This document shows, in pieces, positions 38,033 through 50,348 of a DNA stretch of 64,000 bases. Both the position numbers and the translations under genes were made by a program. Positions within the stretch are counted from its first letter, which is position 1. Each line of letters opens with the position of its first letter. Below the pieces are notes generated by a model, which saw only the letters and a list, made by a program, of their open reading frames with translations, was not told the DNA's origin and did no database searches. The stretch comes from Phyllosticta citribraziliensis. Its lineage: Eukaryota. Location: positions 1,178,001 to 1,242,000 of the forward strand of contig NW_027117344.1 in assembly GCF_038025025.1 (NCBI RefSeq), in the 5' to 3' direction.

Positions 38033-40117
38033 CCTGCCCGTCTGTCCCTTGCTCTTCTTGTCTGCACGCTAGCTGGACAGCTCCTCGTGCTCGCGTCCTT
38101 TTCTGCTGACCAAGAAAAAACTTCCGGATAATTGGATGCTGTACACAGCCAAAGTGATTGATTGACAGCTTCGAAGACGGACCCTGGTCGCTTGTTGTCC
38201 GTCCGTCTGTCTGGGTTGGTTGGTTCCTGCTGCTCTCGGTTCGGTCCTTGCTCGCCGCTGCTGCCACCCCCGTCGTTCCTCAAAAGCAAAAACCACGTCA
38301 CCTCGTCCTCACGGAGCACGTCCAGTCGCTTGTTGCCCTCCCACCTCCTCGAAACAAAAAGGAACTTCAAACGCCGAAGGACGGACCCTGGCGTGTTTTG
38401 CGTGCCGGACCTGTCACCTCGCGAATCGCAAAAGATTTGGTGCTTGGTCCCTGCTCGGAAGAAGCAATTATGGACGATCTCAGGTCGAGATGATGGCGCA
38501 GATCTCGGTCGATGAAAACGGGCCAGGGGTCTGTCTCCCTGATCGTTGACCCAATGTTGCCGAACTTGCCGGAAAAGGAAAAGAGACCACGGCACAATGG
38601 GTTATGGTCTGAAAGGGTATCTGTCGGGGAGTTTCTGAAGCCAGGCAAGAGAGACAAAAGCTAGGTAAGCAAGCAGACCCAGGCCAAACAAGCGAGCACC
38701 TGACTTTGGCCTCGGCAATGGAACAAAAAGTAAAAATAAAAAAAAAAGGAAAGAAATGAAAGGAAGAGAAGACCAGCAGCAAGAAGCAAAAAGCAGATGC
38801 CCAAAACTCAGCAAAGAATGCGGGATATAGCGGGAGAAGGAATCGGGTAGAGCAGGGTCAGATAGGATAGGGATGATGGATGGGATGTGTTGGTGCCAGG
38901 GTGGTTCTAGTAATACCTACCTACGACCCTTTGAGTCCAAGCTCCCTCGTCCCTCCTCCACTCTGCCTGGAGCTAGCTAGGACCAAAGCAGCCACGGCCT
39001 TCTCAGGTACTGAGCACAATCAACAAGGTAAAACCAAACAACACAGGCGCCCGCTCGCCCCGCCGCCCGTTGACAGTCGCGCGTATGTACGTGCGCCGTG
39101 TGGCCCTGGCCGGCGGCTAAAGGCAAGGCGAGGCAAGGCAGGGTCTGGCTCAGAGATGAGCCGGAGTGGTGGTCGTTTTGGCTTGGAGTGCCACAGCTTG
39201 TGCGTCCATCGTCTCCTGTAACCACCATGGCGCAACACCACATGTCGCTTGTACCTGTTTTCTCTCTGGCGGCACGAGGACTCTGCAGCGAAAAGGGATT
39301 GCTCATGGCTCATTGCTTCTCCCTCTCCTTAGCCATGATGTGGATGAGGTGAGAGCAGCGATTCAGCCCCCAGACTAGCCAGCCCTATTTACCTACTGAC
39401 CACGCCCCTGCTCACGTCCGTCGTTGGCTCCAAGCACGCAAAACGTAAGCCCGCCTGTCCATCCTCGATCCCGCCGCCGGGATTGACTAAGAGAGACGTT
39501 CTGACATGTTGGCGCCCTGCCACAATCCGTCGTCTGTGGTCTGCCTCTTTGACCCGGGACCAAGTTCAGCCTTGTTCCCTGCTGGCTGGTTGCCAATGGA
39601 AGAAGTGCCCGTCTCGCGGACCGTCGTGAAGACTCCCGCTACTCGACGCCTGGATCCGTCTCTTGTGCGGGACGAGACTAGTGTTTACAGCGGGCAGCTG
39701 GCTTAGCCCATTTGCTTGGCGTGCTGTTGGTTCTGGTTGACGTGCGGAGGGAACAAGATGCGGTCGACGCTAGACGCAACAGGGCTTGGGATGCTGTTAA
39801 TCTTAGCTGTGCGCCATGCGGGTCAGATGTGGACCCCGCCGCGCACCAGGCTGTACAGTGGTCGGTTCAGCAGGTAATCATGAACTGGCTGCGCGCTGCG
39901 GTGGTTGCTGGCCACCATGGTGTTTCAATCAGGGGCAAGCCTTTGGCTCGAAACATTTCCATCCTCTCTGCTGAGAAGTAGTCTATCCACTTGTAACCGC
40001 CCCGACGCGCCCTTGTCTGCAGAGTCTCCCGACCATAACCATCGATCATCGAGACCAGATATTTTTGGCCCAAACCCGTCGGCATCGAAGCCACCAGCAC
40101 CAAAGCCCTGAACAGCC

Positions 40118-42301
40118 TCACATGTGCTGCTGACCGTTGTCTTTCGCCACTTGAGCGAACCATGTATGCATCTGTCCCCTGAGCTTCTCGCACTTGTCCC
40201 TGCCCAGTTCCAGGATATCATCATATGCCTTCTTGCGACATTTCTCCTGCCACTCCTCCTCTCTCCTCTTTATGGCGGCATCGTATTTCTCCTGGTCCAA
40301 TATCGTAGTAGGCTGAACCCACCTCCATTGCTGGAAAACGCCAATCTCTCCGTTCGGTTGCCGGTATTCCGTAGGGACCTGGGTAAGTACGGGCATGCCT
40401 TCAAGTCGTGCTCCGTCGAGCGGAGGAAAGGCCTCGTTGCGGAATCGGGCCATGCCACGTTTGTTGCGAAGCATGAAGCTTTTTTGACGGTGCTTGCGAG
40501 GACTCCATTCATACTCATCAACGACTTGATTCTTTGAATCGTTGGCTTTTTCGACGTCGATGGGAGCTGGACGTTGACGAGCAGAAGCAGTGGACGAACG
40601 TGATGGAGTGGCGCCCAGGGAGCCTTCAGGAGCTGAAACGGGAGCAGAGGGCTGTGGGATCGCGCCGCTGGTCTCAAGTGGTGAGGCGACATTGAGGGAG
40701 CATTCGGGAGCAGTAGGTTCTGGAATCGCGCCGCCAGTCTTGCGAGGTGAGGTGACTTCCATGGAGCGTTCCGGAGCAGAGGGCTGTAGAATTGCGCTAC
40801 CAGTGTTGCGCAGTGAAGCAGTGTTCGGGGAGCATTCGCGAGCTGGGCCGCCCGTCTTGCGCATGCGGAAGCTTTCATCATCGTACTCGCTGTCCATATC
40901 AGACAGGAGAGAGTCGAGATCGTCGAGCTGATCGTCGACTGGCTCGGGACCGAGTGGGTGCGTAAACCTCAGGCTGCTTGTCGGGGACGGGTCGTTCTCG
41001 TTTCGGACCTGCTGCACCTGCGTATTCATCGGCAAACGTCTTTTGAGACTGCTTTGGAATTGGATAGTTGTGGGCTTACGAAGATGCTCATCAAGGTACG
41101 CGAAGCCGCGTGAACCTCCACCTGCCTTCTCGTACTCCTGCTCAATAAAACTCTCCTGTGTTGTAAGATTCTTTGGAAGCTTAATTGACGGAGGTGCCAC
41201 TTGAGCGGGGACCTCTTCCTCAATCAAAGGTTCTTGCAGAACCGCAAACTGCTTTTGGGTCGAGGGCTTCTCCTGCGTTTGTTCCGGGAGCGTTCGTTCG
41301 GGAAAACCCTCTCCTACCGGTCGAACAGCACCGTCCCAGCTGCGGCGCTTCATAATCTTGCCGAGATGGTCGACCATCTTGGCTGCGTCTTCAAAATCGT
41401 CGTCATCCATACCTTCTTTGGCATGATAGACCGCACGAATGGTCTGACGAGCGAGGCGGCGCGCATAGTGAAAGTCGTGAAGGCAATCCCAGATGAAGGC
41501 GCAGTGCTCGATCGCAGCCGAAAGACGCAGTGGGTGGGATCCAGGTAACAAAGTCGTTGCTGCCTTGTCGGCATTGACAAAGTGGCTTTCTGTCATGGGC
41601 AGGAAATTCATTGGGGGAAACAAGAAGGCGGATGGCGGCGTCTGAATGATTGGACCTCCCAGTCCAGGCGGCGGTGCTGGACTACTGACGGCGCTACCCG
41701 GCCTGTTGTTAGCGTACGGGTTGGTGATGAAGGATGCATCAGAAGTAGCAGAGGCTACTGGATCGCGAAGTGTAGGTGTGCGGCCTCCGCTGCCGTTCTT
41801 GGATTTGCCCTGGTTTGCTTTGGGCGAAAACTTCTCGCTGACGATGGAGCTTTTGCTATTGTTGTGCCTGTGACTTTGACCCAGAACGCCGGGAGTAGTC
41901 TCTCCACGAGAAGCGGAGGACGATCTGGGCAGAGGTACTTGTGAGACGGGCGGGTGGTTGTGGAATAGAGAGAGCAGGTGATAGAGCGAAGCGCGCAGCT
42001 TGGCCGTCAGGACTGTCGCCTCTGCTCCGAGCTGTCCGTTCATGATATGCGGCAAAATCTTATTTTCGAGGATTTCGAGGCATTCGCGAACCAGCCAGAT
42101 GATGTGCTGATACTGGTTCAATGAAGGTGTATCTCTGGTGAGGTCTAGGCGTCGCATCTTTCTGGCTTTGAGCACCCGGGCTGAGAGCATCTGTGAGAGC
42201 CCGAGGACCTGATAGAAGGGGCCAGCCAAAGCTGGATGCGTCGCAGAGGCCAAGCGCGCTATGTGCGCCAGATACTTCTGGTCAATGTCGGAAGCTGCCA
42301 T
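40118..42301 (-). CDS. Divergent 14-3-3-domain protein with long low-complexity C-terminus
   Basis: First ATG gives MAASDIDQKYL.... The segment LLPGSHPLRLSAAIEHCAFIWDCLHDFHYARRLARQTI..EGMDDDDFEDAAKMVDHL resembles 14-3-3 helices 7-9 (THPIRLGLALNFSVF). Confidence 0.8.
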   Translation of the reverse strand: MAASDIDQKYLAHIARLASATHPALAGPFYQVLGLSQMLSARVLKARKMRRLDLTRDTPSLNQYQHIIWLVRECLEILENKILPHIMNGQLGAEATVLTAKLRASLYHLLSLFHNHPPVSQVPLPRSSSASRGETTPGVLGQSHRHNNSKSSIVSEKFSPKANQGKSKNGSGGRTPTLRDPVASATSDASFITNPYANNRPGSAVSSPAPPPGLGGPIIQTPPSAFLFPPMNFLPMTESHFVNADKAATTLLPGSHPLRLSAAIEHCAFIWDCLHDFHYARRLARQTIRAVYHAKEGMDDDDFEDAAKMVDHLGKIMKRRSWDGAVRPVGEGFPERTLPEQTQEKPSTQKQFAVLQEPLIEEEVPAQVAPPSIKLPKNLTTQESFIEQEYEKAGGGSRGFAYLDEHLRKPTTIQFQSSLKRRLPMNTQVQQVRNENDPSPTSSLRFTHPLGPEPVDDQLDDLDSLLSDMDSEYDDESFRMRKTGGPARECSPNTASLRNTGSAILQPSAPERSMEVTSPRKTGGAIPEPTAPECSLNVASPLETSGAIPQPSAPVSAPEGSLGATPSRSSTASARQRPAPIDVEKANDSKNQVVDEYEWSPRKHRQKSFMLRNKRGMARFRNEAFPPLDGARLEGMPVLTQVPTEYRQPNGEIGVFQQWRWVQPTTILDQEKYDAAIKRREEEWQEKCRKKAYDDILELGRDKCEKLRGQMHTWFAQVAKDNGQQHM
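40640..40850 (-). repeat. Coding tandem repeat, about 3 x 69 bp (23 aa), in the 14-3-3-like gene
   Basis: Units ECSPNTASLRNTGSAILQPSAP / ERSMEVTSPRKTGGAIPEPTAP / ECSLNVASPLETSGAIPQPSAP. Confidence 0.8.
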
Positions 42302-44839
42302 TGTGAACCTGTGAAGTTTAGAATGAATGCGCTGGATGCCACTGAGATGTAAGGAAGACGGACCGCTCGAGAATATTTCAGTGAATAACACAGAGGACAG
42401 TTCCTGGCCTCGTTTTGCCAAGCAAATAGTCAAGGGAATTGCCCTTGCGTCCCTGAAGCAGCGAAGCCCTTTCCAGCCTTTTACTCGAGACTGGCCTGAC
42501 AGGTTATGATTGGAAGACACCTTGGGGTATATCAGTACCTGTCTGAGCAAGGGAAGCGCTGAACACCAACCTTTGGCGATCGCGACAGTTATCAGTACAG
42601 ACTCCGAGGTTGTGAGCAGGCCGGCTTGACGTGAATCCTTCAATTCAGTGAAAGGCTTCCAGAGCCCCTCGCGGCCCTGCGGCAGGTGTCGGTATGTACA
42701 CAATTGGCACGCTGTCGCTGTGAACAATTGTGTCAATTGGGGTCTGTCGGCGTGAAGGTCGTGTGGTGGTTTGTTTAGACGCGTCCGTCTCCAGTACTTG
42801 GGAAACACCGAGATGGTCCGAGCGCCTTTGACCAACAATATGGATGTAAAGCCGCCGCGCAATCTTTTTTCCACTGCACGCAAGGAACCAGATTGTTTGG
42901 CTTGCCACGAGCAATCAGGAAAGATTTGAAAAGAAGGAAGCAGTACACGAAAGAGCTTCACAAGATGAGGTCTGCCCACTGCAACGAAATACAAGCGGAA
43001 GAGTTGCTGATAATGACCAGGAAAGCGGAACTCGAGCAGTGATGAGACGGCGAAGCTGTCGACACAAGTACTGTTCCTCTCACCACTGGCAGGGGCCCTG
43101 AGCACAGGGAACGGTAATTTGACGGTGGCCTTTACTCGGGTGTAACCACGCCAGGATGATGCAACAGAGTGATTTCGGATGGCGCCCAGTCGACAATTTC
43201 TTATGATCCTGTGTACGAAGAATATTACAAGATGCTGTACGCAAGACAAAGGAACAGGTGGTGGAGCAGCTCCTTTACAATCGCCGGTGGGTATCTCGGG
43301 AAAAGCAAAAACAGACCAGGTCGCCCGGAAAACCTGGAAACGGTCAGCGTACAGAGGTATGACAGACAAGCAAGTCAATGGTCGAAGAGACTACGCAATA
43401 CATATAAGATAAGAGACGGAAGTTTTCTACCTCTAAGACGTGGGAAAAAATGCGCTGGTAGGTGCCTGATCCGATTCCCTGGGCTGTGGTCGAACAGCAA
43501 GACCAATAGAGGGCAGAGTCTGGCCAAGGCGAACGGGCTCTACAGATCAACAAAGACGTCACTCATAGGGCTCGGTGGCTTGGTCCTTCGGATATCGAGG
43601 CTCCAGACAACGCACATTGCGCCTGGTGGCAGGGTTTGAGCGCGCGCGGCAACGACGTGACCGAGTATATATGGCAGATGACGGCCGGCGGTGTGTCTAC
43701 CCGTCAATGCGCCGCAAAAGATGATTTTGCGCAAGTCTCGGCGTACAAAAAAGAACCGGGAATCGCAGAGAGGATTTCAGATGACAGGTCTCGCCGAATC
43801 GCGGCGAAAAGGAAACAATGCAGTGGGGGTCAAGTGGATTGACCCGAAAAAGAGAGCAAGCGGCGACGCCGTGGACGAGCACAAATCTGAAATACCAAAG
43901 AGCCAAAAGGCTATTGCAAGCGGCAGACGGCACGAAGCCGCCTGGGCGATAACCATGACGGCCGGCGGTGGCTCCCGAAAGCGCAGTCGATGGCAACTGG
44001 TGGGGAGGGGAGGCTGCAGCTGACGGCTACGTGTTCAAAGCTTCGCTCCTCTCGCCAGGCGAGGCGCGTGGACTCTGGACAGCGATCAATGCCAGCTGGC
44101 CGCGAAGGAGACGGGGCCCTGGGATCGCCAGATCTGACCGTGGGTGGTGCTCCTTGCGTCACGGTGGTGTGTGTTTGGTGGAGGGCAAACCATTGCAAAT
44201 TGCTAGACATGGCTCAGCGCCCTGTACGCCGTTGGACGGACGTGGCTCTGGTGTGGAGACTCGTGGATGAGGCGCGAGAGAGAACAATGACAGCGCGACG
44301 ACTGCTGCTGCGCCGCTCGCCTCGCTGGTCGTTTTCTTCTTCACGCCCCGTCAGCGCAGATGCAGACAACAGAGGCATCATGATTCGCGATGGACCGGGG
44401 GGCCAGCCGTTTGCGCGTGGATCCGGGGCTGGGGTGCAGTGGTGCATTGGGTGCAGCGAGCGGTGGCACATGAGGTGGGGGGGGAGGAGGTTGACGGGAG
44501 TGGGAACGAACAAAAGAGAAGAAGCGGTCAACCCTCGATCCGCCCAGGCCATTGGACCACCTCCTCCCGTCACCACCTCGCCCGTCTCTCTCCGGCTCCG
44601 TCTCCCTCCCAAGTCCCACCAGACCAGACCAGACCAGAGCCTCTCTCTGCAGCCCGCCGTCCGCGCCGCTTCACCGTCTCCAGCCATCCCGTCGGCCTCT
44701 TTCTTCCCCGTCCGCCGCTGTCACAAACTCTGCTCGTCGTGACATGTCGAATCCCTGCGACCTGCCCCGAGTCTCTCCACTCCCGACGCCCATACACACG
44801 ACTACTTTCCTGAGACCTCCCGGCACTGCGGCGGCATGA

Positions 44840-45008
44840 GGAGCATTGGCTTACTACCATGTTTACGCCTTAGGAGCAGTCATCTGCTATTACAGACGCG
44901 CTTGGGGAGCTATCATCTACTATTTCATCTACTATTACAGGCGCGCCCAGGGAGCTGTCGGTCGTTGATGCTAGACCCTGGGACTCTCATTTCTTTCGAC
45001 ATCCACTG
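44840..45008. mobile_element. MITE-like copy with right TIR and internal repeats; left TIR not recognised
   Basis: Right end CCCTGGGACTCTCATTTCTTTCGACATCCACTG. Internal units GCCTTAGGAGCAGTC, GCGCTTGGGGAGCTATC and GCGCCCAGGGAGCTGTC. Confidence 0.7.
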
Positions 45009-46075
45009 CCATGGCAAAACTCTCGATTCCACGCCAAGGGCCAAAAGAAAACAAAACGAGACAAAATCACGGCATGCGCAGTCTCCCATCCTTGCATACC
45101 CAAGTGTATCAAACATTCCGTGGTTTGCTTGTTCTATTTTGTCACCTCTCTCGCTCATTTGCTCGGACAGATCTGGAACCAATGCCTGAAGCACGCGCTC
45201 CTTCCCCTAGCCGTCACCTACCCCGTTCACGCCTTTATGCGTCTGCCACTGTGCAACGATTGTGGCACACTCTCCTTTGTAAATCACCGTCAGCGCCTTG
45301 CCCACTATCAGCGCTGTCAGGCCGCCTCTCTCCTAGCCTCGTCGACTTGATTTCATGCTGATTGCTGAATCTATTTGCATAAGATGCACCGACATCTGTT
45401 TTGGTCTTGACGACAGTCATGGCATGGCCGCAATCTGTCAAACTCCGCACCCACAGCGCCTTGCAACAAGGCCGAAGCGCCGAATTTAGCACCCTCTCGT
45501 CCAAAATCTGTCATGCTCAACCACAGTAGGATGAATGCTCCTTGATGCCACGCTCGTAGAGAATGTCTGCGTACCACCGCAGAGGCCGCCGGCACGGCAC
45601 TCTGCTCTGCGGCTCTCGAAAGACTGTCAAATCATTTGGCAATCAAACACGACGATGCAGGTTGACTGATATAGAACCAGAAATGGAAACAGCAATATCA
45701 TTTTGCTTCAACTGCAGGAATATAAGAGCGAGCGACATGTGAGCTGAATCTCACTCGACATCAAGCATCTCCAAGTCAAGACTCTTCTACAAGCTTTCTA
45801 CCAGCAGTTCCAATTCAGCCGCCTTTCTGCAAGTCCCGATCTTTGTCTCTTGTGCCTCGAGCAGACTCCGGCTTCGGTACCACTGCATTTCAATCCTACT
45901 CGAGCCGCTTGCCAAGTTCTAGACAAGACCTCTTGCGCAATCAAGCCACTTTGCGACGAGTTCCACCACCATCAAGTGCCAGAAAAGGCCTTCATTGGAC
46001 TCTGAACCATCAAGACGACGTCAACAAAGACAACCGGTCAATCAGCATCTCGTCAACAAATCAAACGACTTCATC

Positions 46076-46297
46076 ATGTGCCGCTACTACGCCCACACTC
46101 ACTCTTGCGGTCACACCACAACCGTCTTTGCCGCCTACTGCCCCTCCGCCGCAATGCGCCAACGCGCTTGCTCTGCCCAAGGCTCCAGCGAGATATGGCA
46201 AACGCTGAAGATGGAGAGCTCCTGTTCTTCGTGCGGCGGCGACGAAGTTATCGGCGGTGTGAGCACCAAGCGCGTCAAGGGGAGGGGAAAGCGTTGA
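46076..46297 (+). CDS. Small Cys/His-rich hypothetical protein (73 aa)
   Basis: Sequence MCRYYAHTHSCGHTTTVFAAYCPSAAMRQRAC...CSSC...KRVKGRGKR. ATG context CATCATG, C-ending codon bias, TATAAGAG at 45721 and a CA-rich leader. Confidence 0.7.
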   Translation: MCRYYAHTHSCGHTTTVFAAYCPSAAMRQRACSAQGSSEIWQTLKMESSCSSCGGDEVIGGVSTKRVKGRGKR

Positions 46298-47105
46298 AGA
46301 AGTTGTAAGAGAAGAGAAGGGTGAGGTTGTTGACAGGAGTTCTTTCGTTTACACATGCGAGCGCTGGCGCAGGTCCTTTGACCGACGGGTCAACCAAGAG
46401 AACAACACTTGAGTTTTGGCAGTTGAGGAGTCAGGTGTTTCGAAGTCGCAGAGAGTTTCTTTTCCGTGCTGGTAGAGAGACTAGAGGCTCTCTTGTGGCC
46501 GCTTTATGCTTGTTGATGGATTTTGGCAGGGATTTATACCACTTGACGGGAAACGAGGACATGGCATTCATGGCGTCTGCTGGTATTGGAAAGGAGACGA
46601 GCTGGCCTTGGTAATCCTGTCCACAGAATCAACGTTTTCACACCCAGCGTGTCGTCTTTTCCAGCATTTTGTGGCTGGCCAAGTTTGGCTCCAATATGTT
46701 GGAGCACTCGGGAGGATTCGAGCGTCAACGAGGGATGGTAACGAGGAGTATGAAAAGGTCTAACTTGAAGAAGCGGTGTTTGTGTACCGCGACTTCCACT
46801 TCCCAGCCTCGTACGCTCGCTTCAGGAGGAATGCACACTAGACGCTTTACTGACGCGTTGAGAAAGTCAGGGCAGCACAAATGACGTTGAAGTGGGCCAA
46901 ACGCTTGCCACATGGCGAATCCAAGTGGGACATGTCTAGTCTCAACGCCGTGTCCTCGTGGCCTCTCTCGCCTGACAACTCATCTGATCTAAAGCTCGAG
47001 CTCGAGCACAAACTCGAGGCAAGGCAGTTCGGCAGGTCAGCTTGCGACCTCGCCATCCCTTTTGACCAGGAACTCCCGAAGCACTCAAAGACTTACCACA
47101 TGCTA

Positions 47106-47310
47106 CACGGTGGGTGTCGAAAGAAATGAGCCCTGGGAACCTAGATGCACACTGGGACCGCTCATTCGCTACTAGTTGCGTTTAGAGAATGTCGTTCGCT
47201 ATCATAGTTGCGCTTGGGGAGCAGTCATGCGTCATCACGGTTACGCCCAAGGAGCATAGTTCTTTACTGCAGCTACACCTAGGGAGTTTCATTTCTTTCC
47301 ACACTCACTG
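47106..47310. mobile_element. MITE-like element
   Basis: Left end CACGGTGGGTGTCGAAAGAAATGAGCCCTGGG, right end CCTAGGGAGTTTCATTTCTTTCCACACTCACTG, with ~33-bp internal repeats. Confidence 0.78.
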
Positions 47311-49504
47311 GCTGCGTCCACAGAATCAAGCAGTAAGGGGTAATAATCACTTCGGTCAGACTCATTGACGAAGTACTAAAGCTCCGGCGAAACGCCCTGC
47401 ATCACCACCGAGCACCAAACCCCGAGAATCAAAACCACTGATTCATCGCCACGCCCACCAATCTCACGATCTAGGGATTCTCCTCTAAAGTCACTCCAGT
47501 TCAACACATCTACCAACCGCCGCTCTCGATTACGCACGCAAGTACCACCAGGCCCGTCAAAGACCGCCGCTCAACGAGGTCCATGTTCAGTGGACTGCTG
47601 CAACGCCACCGCCTCGGCAAAGAGGAGCAAAACAGACCGAAATTGAGCAAGAACCGGCGAAGACGACGAACCTGATGGTCGGCTGGCGAGCCGGCCGGCC
47701 ACTCTCGGTCACGCGGCCAGTCGCCGAAGCGGGCTGAACGCCGCTCCGCTCCAGACTTTCCAATCCCACGATCGTTCCACGATCGCTCGCTCGCAGGCGC
47801 ACCGGGGCCCCACAGGCCAACCCCACAATCATCGACCTGTTACCCCATGCGTTCATGTTTGGGAAATGGTTCGCTGGGGGCCGTCGCCGGAGTGGCCTGC
47901 CCCGGATAATGTGCATCGCACGCGCCATCGTGGGACCTAGCCAGGTCTTCCGGGGTAATAGTGTGGGGACTGCAGCGGCCTTTGTTATTAGCTCGACCAC
48001 CTACCGCGCTCTCTTGCTTATATCGTGAGTCCTGCTTTTACTTTTCTTGCTGTTTTCCTTTGCCCTCATTCTTGGTTTTCTGTTTGGCAAACCATGCCGC
48101 TTACGAGCTTACCCGCTCGTTCATTTTTTATTTTCTGTTCGTCCATCTCTCTCGCCATAGCTTGCTCCTGCAGGCCACATCGGTAGTACATGCAGGAGTC
48201 GAGCCAGCGCTGGTTGGGCGTCTGCATGGATTAGCGGGTTCCCTCTTCGTCTTGGCATTACTTGACCTCACGACTGCTTCTCGCCAGTCCATGTTCTCTT
48301 GCTTATGCCTCCTCTTTTCTGGTTGGACTTTGTCCTCTTTACCAAGAATCACTCTCTTGGCCGTCGATGCGACCCCTCAAGTTGTCATCCAACATTCTGA
48401 GCAAGCCATCTCTTCTCTCTTCTCTCTTTTCTCGTTTCTCCATCTTCATTTTTTGCGTCCTCGTCTTTTCCATGTGAAAACTCTCGCGATATCGTCTCGT
48501 CGATACAGCTTCCTTTCTTAACCTCGATCGGGTTCTTTTCTTCTGTCACTCACATCTTCAAGGACTTTCTAGCATTCACCCAAGGAGTCGTCTTTCACTG
48601 CCGAGGAAGCACCGGAAGAAGTCATTTCTTTTGACACCTACCATGGGAGATGGAAGCGGGAGGAGATGACCAGAGGCGAAAGAAAGAAGCAAAGAACACA
48701 ACGACTCAGAGACGTGGAAAAAGACAGCAGGCAGGCCGAGAAGGAAAAAGAAAGAGACGGACGGACCAACGACTCGCGCAACACCATCAGCTCCAACAGA
48801 GCTCTCATCATCACTCACCTCTTCGACCCTCCTAAGCCTATCACCTCTCCAGTCGACCTCAACAGCCCGCTCGCTCATGATGGAAAGGAACCCGCGTAAA
48901 GTCGAGTCAAGCCGAACCCGTCGAGGTCAAGCCAAGCCACATTTTCCCGTCGGCTCCTCCCATCCCTCCAACTCTATCTCGAACCTTGACTCCACCCAAT
49001 GAAACGCGTCTCCCCACAACATAACAAGCTCCGCGAGGAGGACAAGCTTTTTTCCTGCGGGGGGAACTCGTCGTCTTCTACCTGTCGTTCGTCTTGCAAA
49101 ACAATACACTCATCATCTCTTTCCGTCTCTTTCACCATCTTCTTCTTCCGTCCTGTTTCCGTTTTTCTTTTTACGTCTTCTCCATTTGCGATGCGGGAAA
49201 TGAGAAGAAGTGTGGGAAAGAGAAAACACGTCACGGACTGGAGCAAGCAGAGACCAGTCGCGACGCACCGCAAAGCGACAGAGGCGCATCCAACCGCTTC
49301 CACACAGACCAGGTCAGCGCTCGACACGCGACGCGCCTGACCGCCGGCGCGCAGCTACAATGACGCAAGCCCAAGAACAAGAGCAAGGGAAAAAGGACCG
49401 CAGAAACAGCGGAGCGAGGCAGGCTCGGACGAAAAGAGCAATCGAGCGACTGATGATGATGAGGATGATGATGTTGACGTTGAGAGTTGCGGGGTTCGCT
49501 GTTG

Positions 49505-49505
<1 letters not shown>

Positions 49506-49535
<30 letters not shown>
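49506..49535 (+). repeat. G30 homopolymer
   Basis: 30 consecutive G. Confidence 0.95.
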
Positions 49536-49537
<2 letters not shown>

Positions 49538-50348
49538 TGTTGGCCGTGTCGCTCGCGATGGCGGACGCTGCCGAACGCGAAAGCGAATGCGACGACCTGA
49601 CCTGAGTGGAGACAGGCCGCGGCCACCCAGATACGTCAGTCTGTTCTGCTCTCCCCACCGGGCGGTCCACTTTATCAAAGGGCTTCTTCGATGCACGATC
49701 TGGCGGCATGGCGGCAGTCAGCTGAGCGGAGGTCGAAGGTCCGTTGCGATCAGTCCGTGGCAGTCCCTGGGAACATCGGCCGTGGTGAACGACAGCTCCC
49801 GAGCTACATCCGCAGTTGGGAGCGAATGGTCCCTGGATGTGTGCATCAACGGTGCTAAGAGGCATCACTTCTTTCGGCATCCACTGTGCGGCAGCAATTG
49901 TTTGGACAAGATTGATTCGAAAACAAAGTGCAGACTAACCACCCACCAAACGACACAACATGGAAAGAAAGGAAAGACCAAAAATCACACGACAGCCAAT
50001 CATCAATCAAGGATCATTCTATTCTTGCTTCCCAAAGCCTCTCTCTGTTGCGACTTCGCGCATCTCTGATGCTTCCCATCGAAGATTCCATCCAAGAAAG
50101 AAGAAGAAATACGAAAAAAATAACAAATCCGATCAAACGCCTTGATCCATTAGGACAGGATCCACGGGTATCAACATTCTCTCTCTTCTCCTCCAAGTCG
50201 CACCATGGCCGCATATCGCCCTCCAGTCTTTGTCTCCATCTAGAGGAAAACCCAACGCGAAACAACAAGCAGCTTTCGTCATTTCGTTCCAAAAGTCGAA
50301 CAGCAAAGAAAGTTTTTGTTTTTTTGTTTTTGAGTTCGCCTCTCCCAC

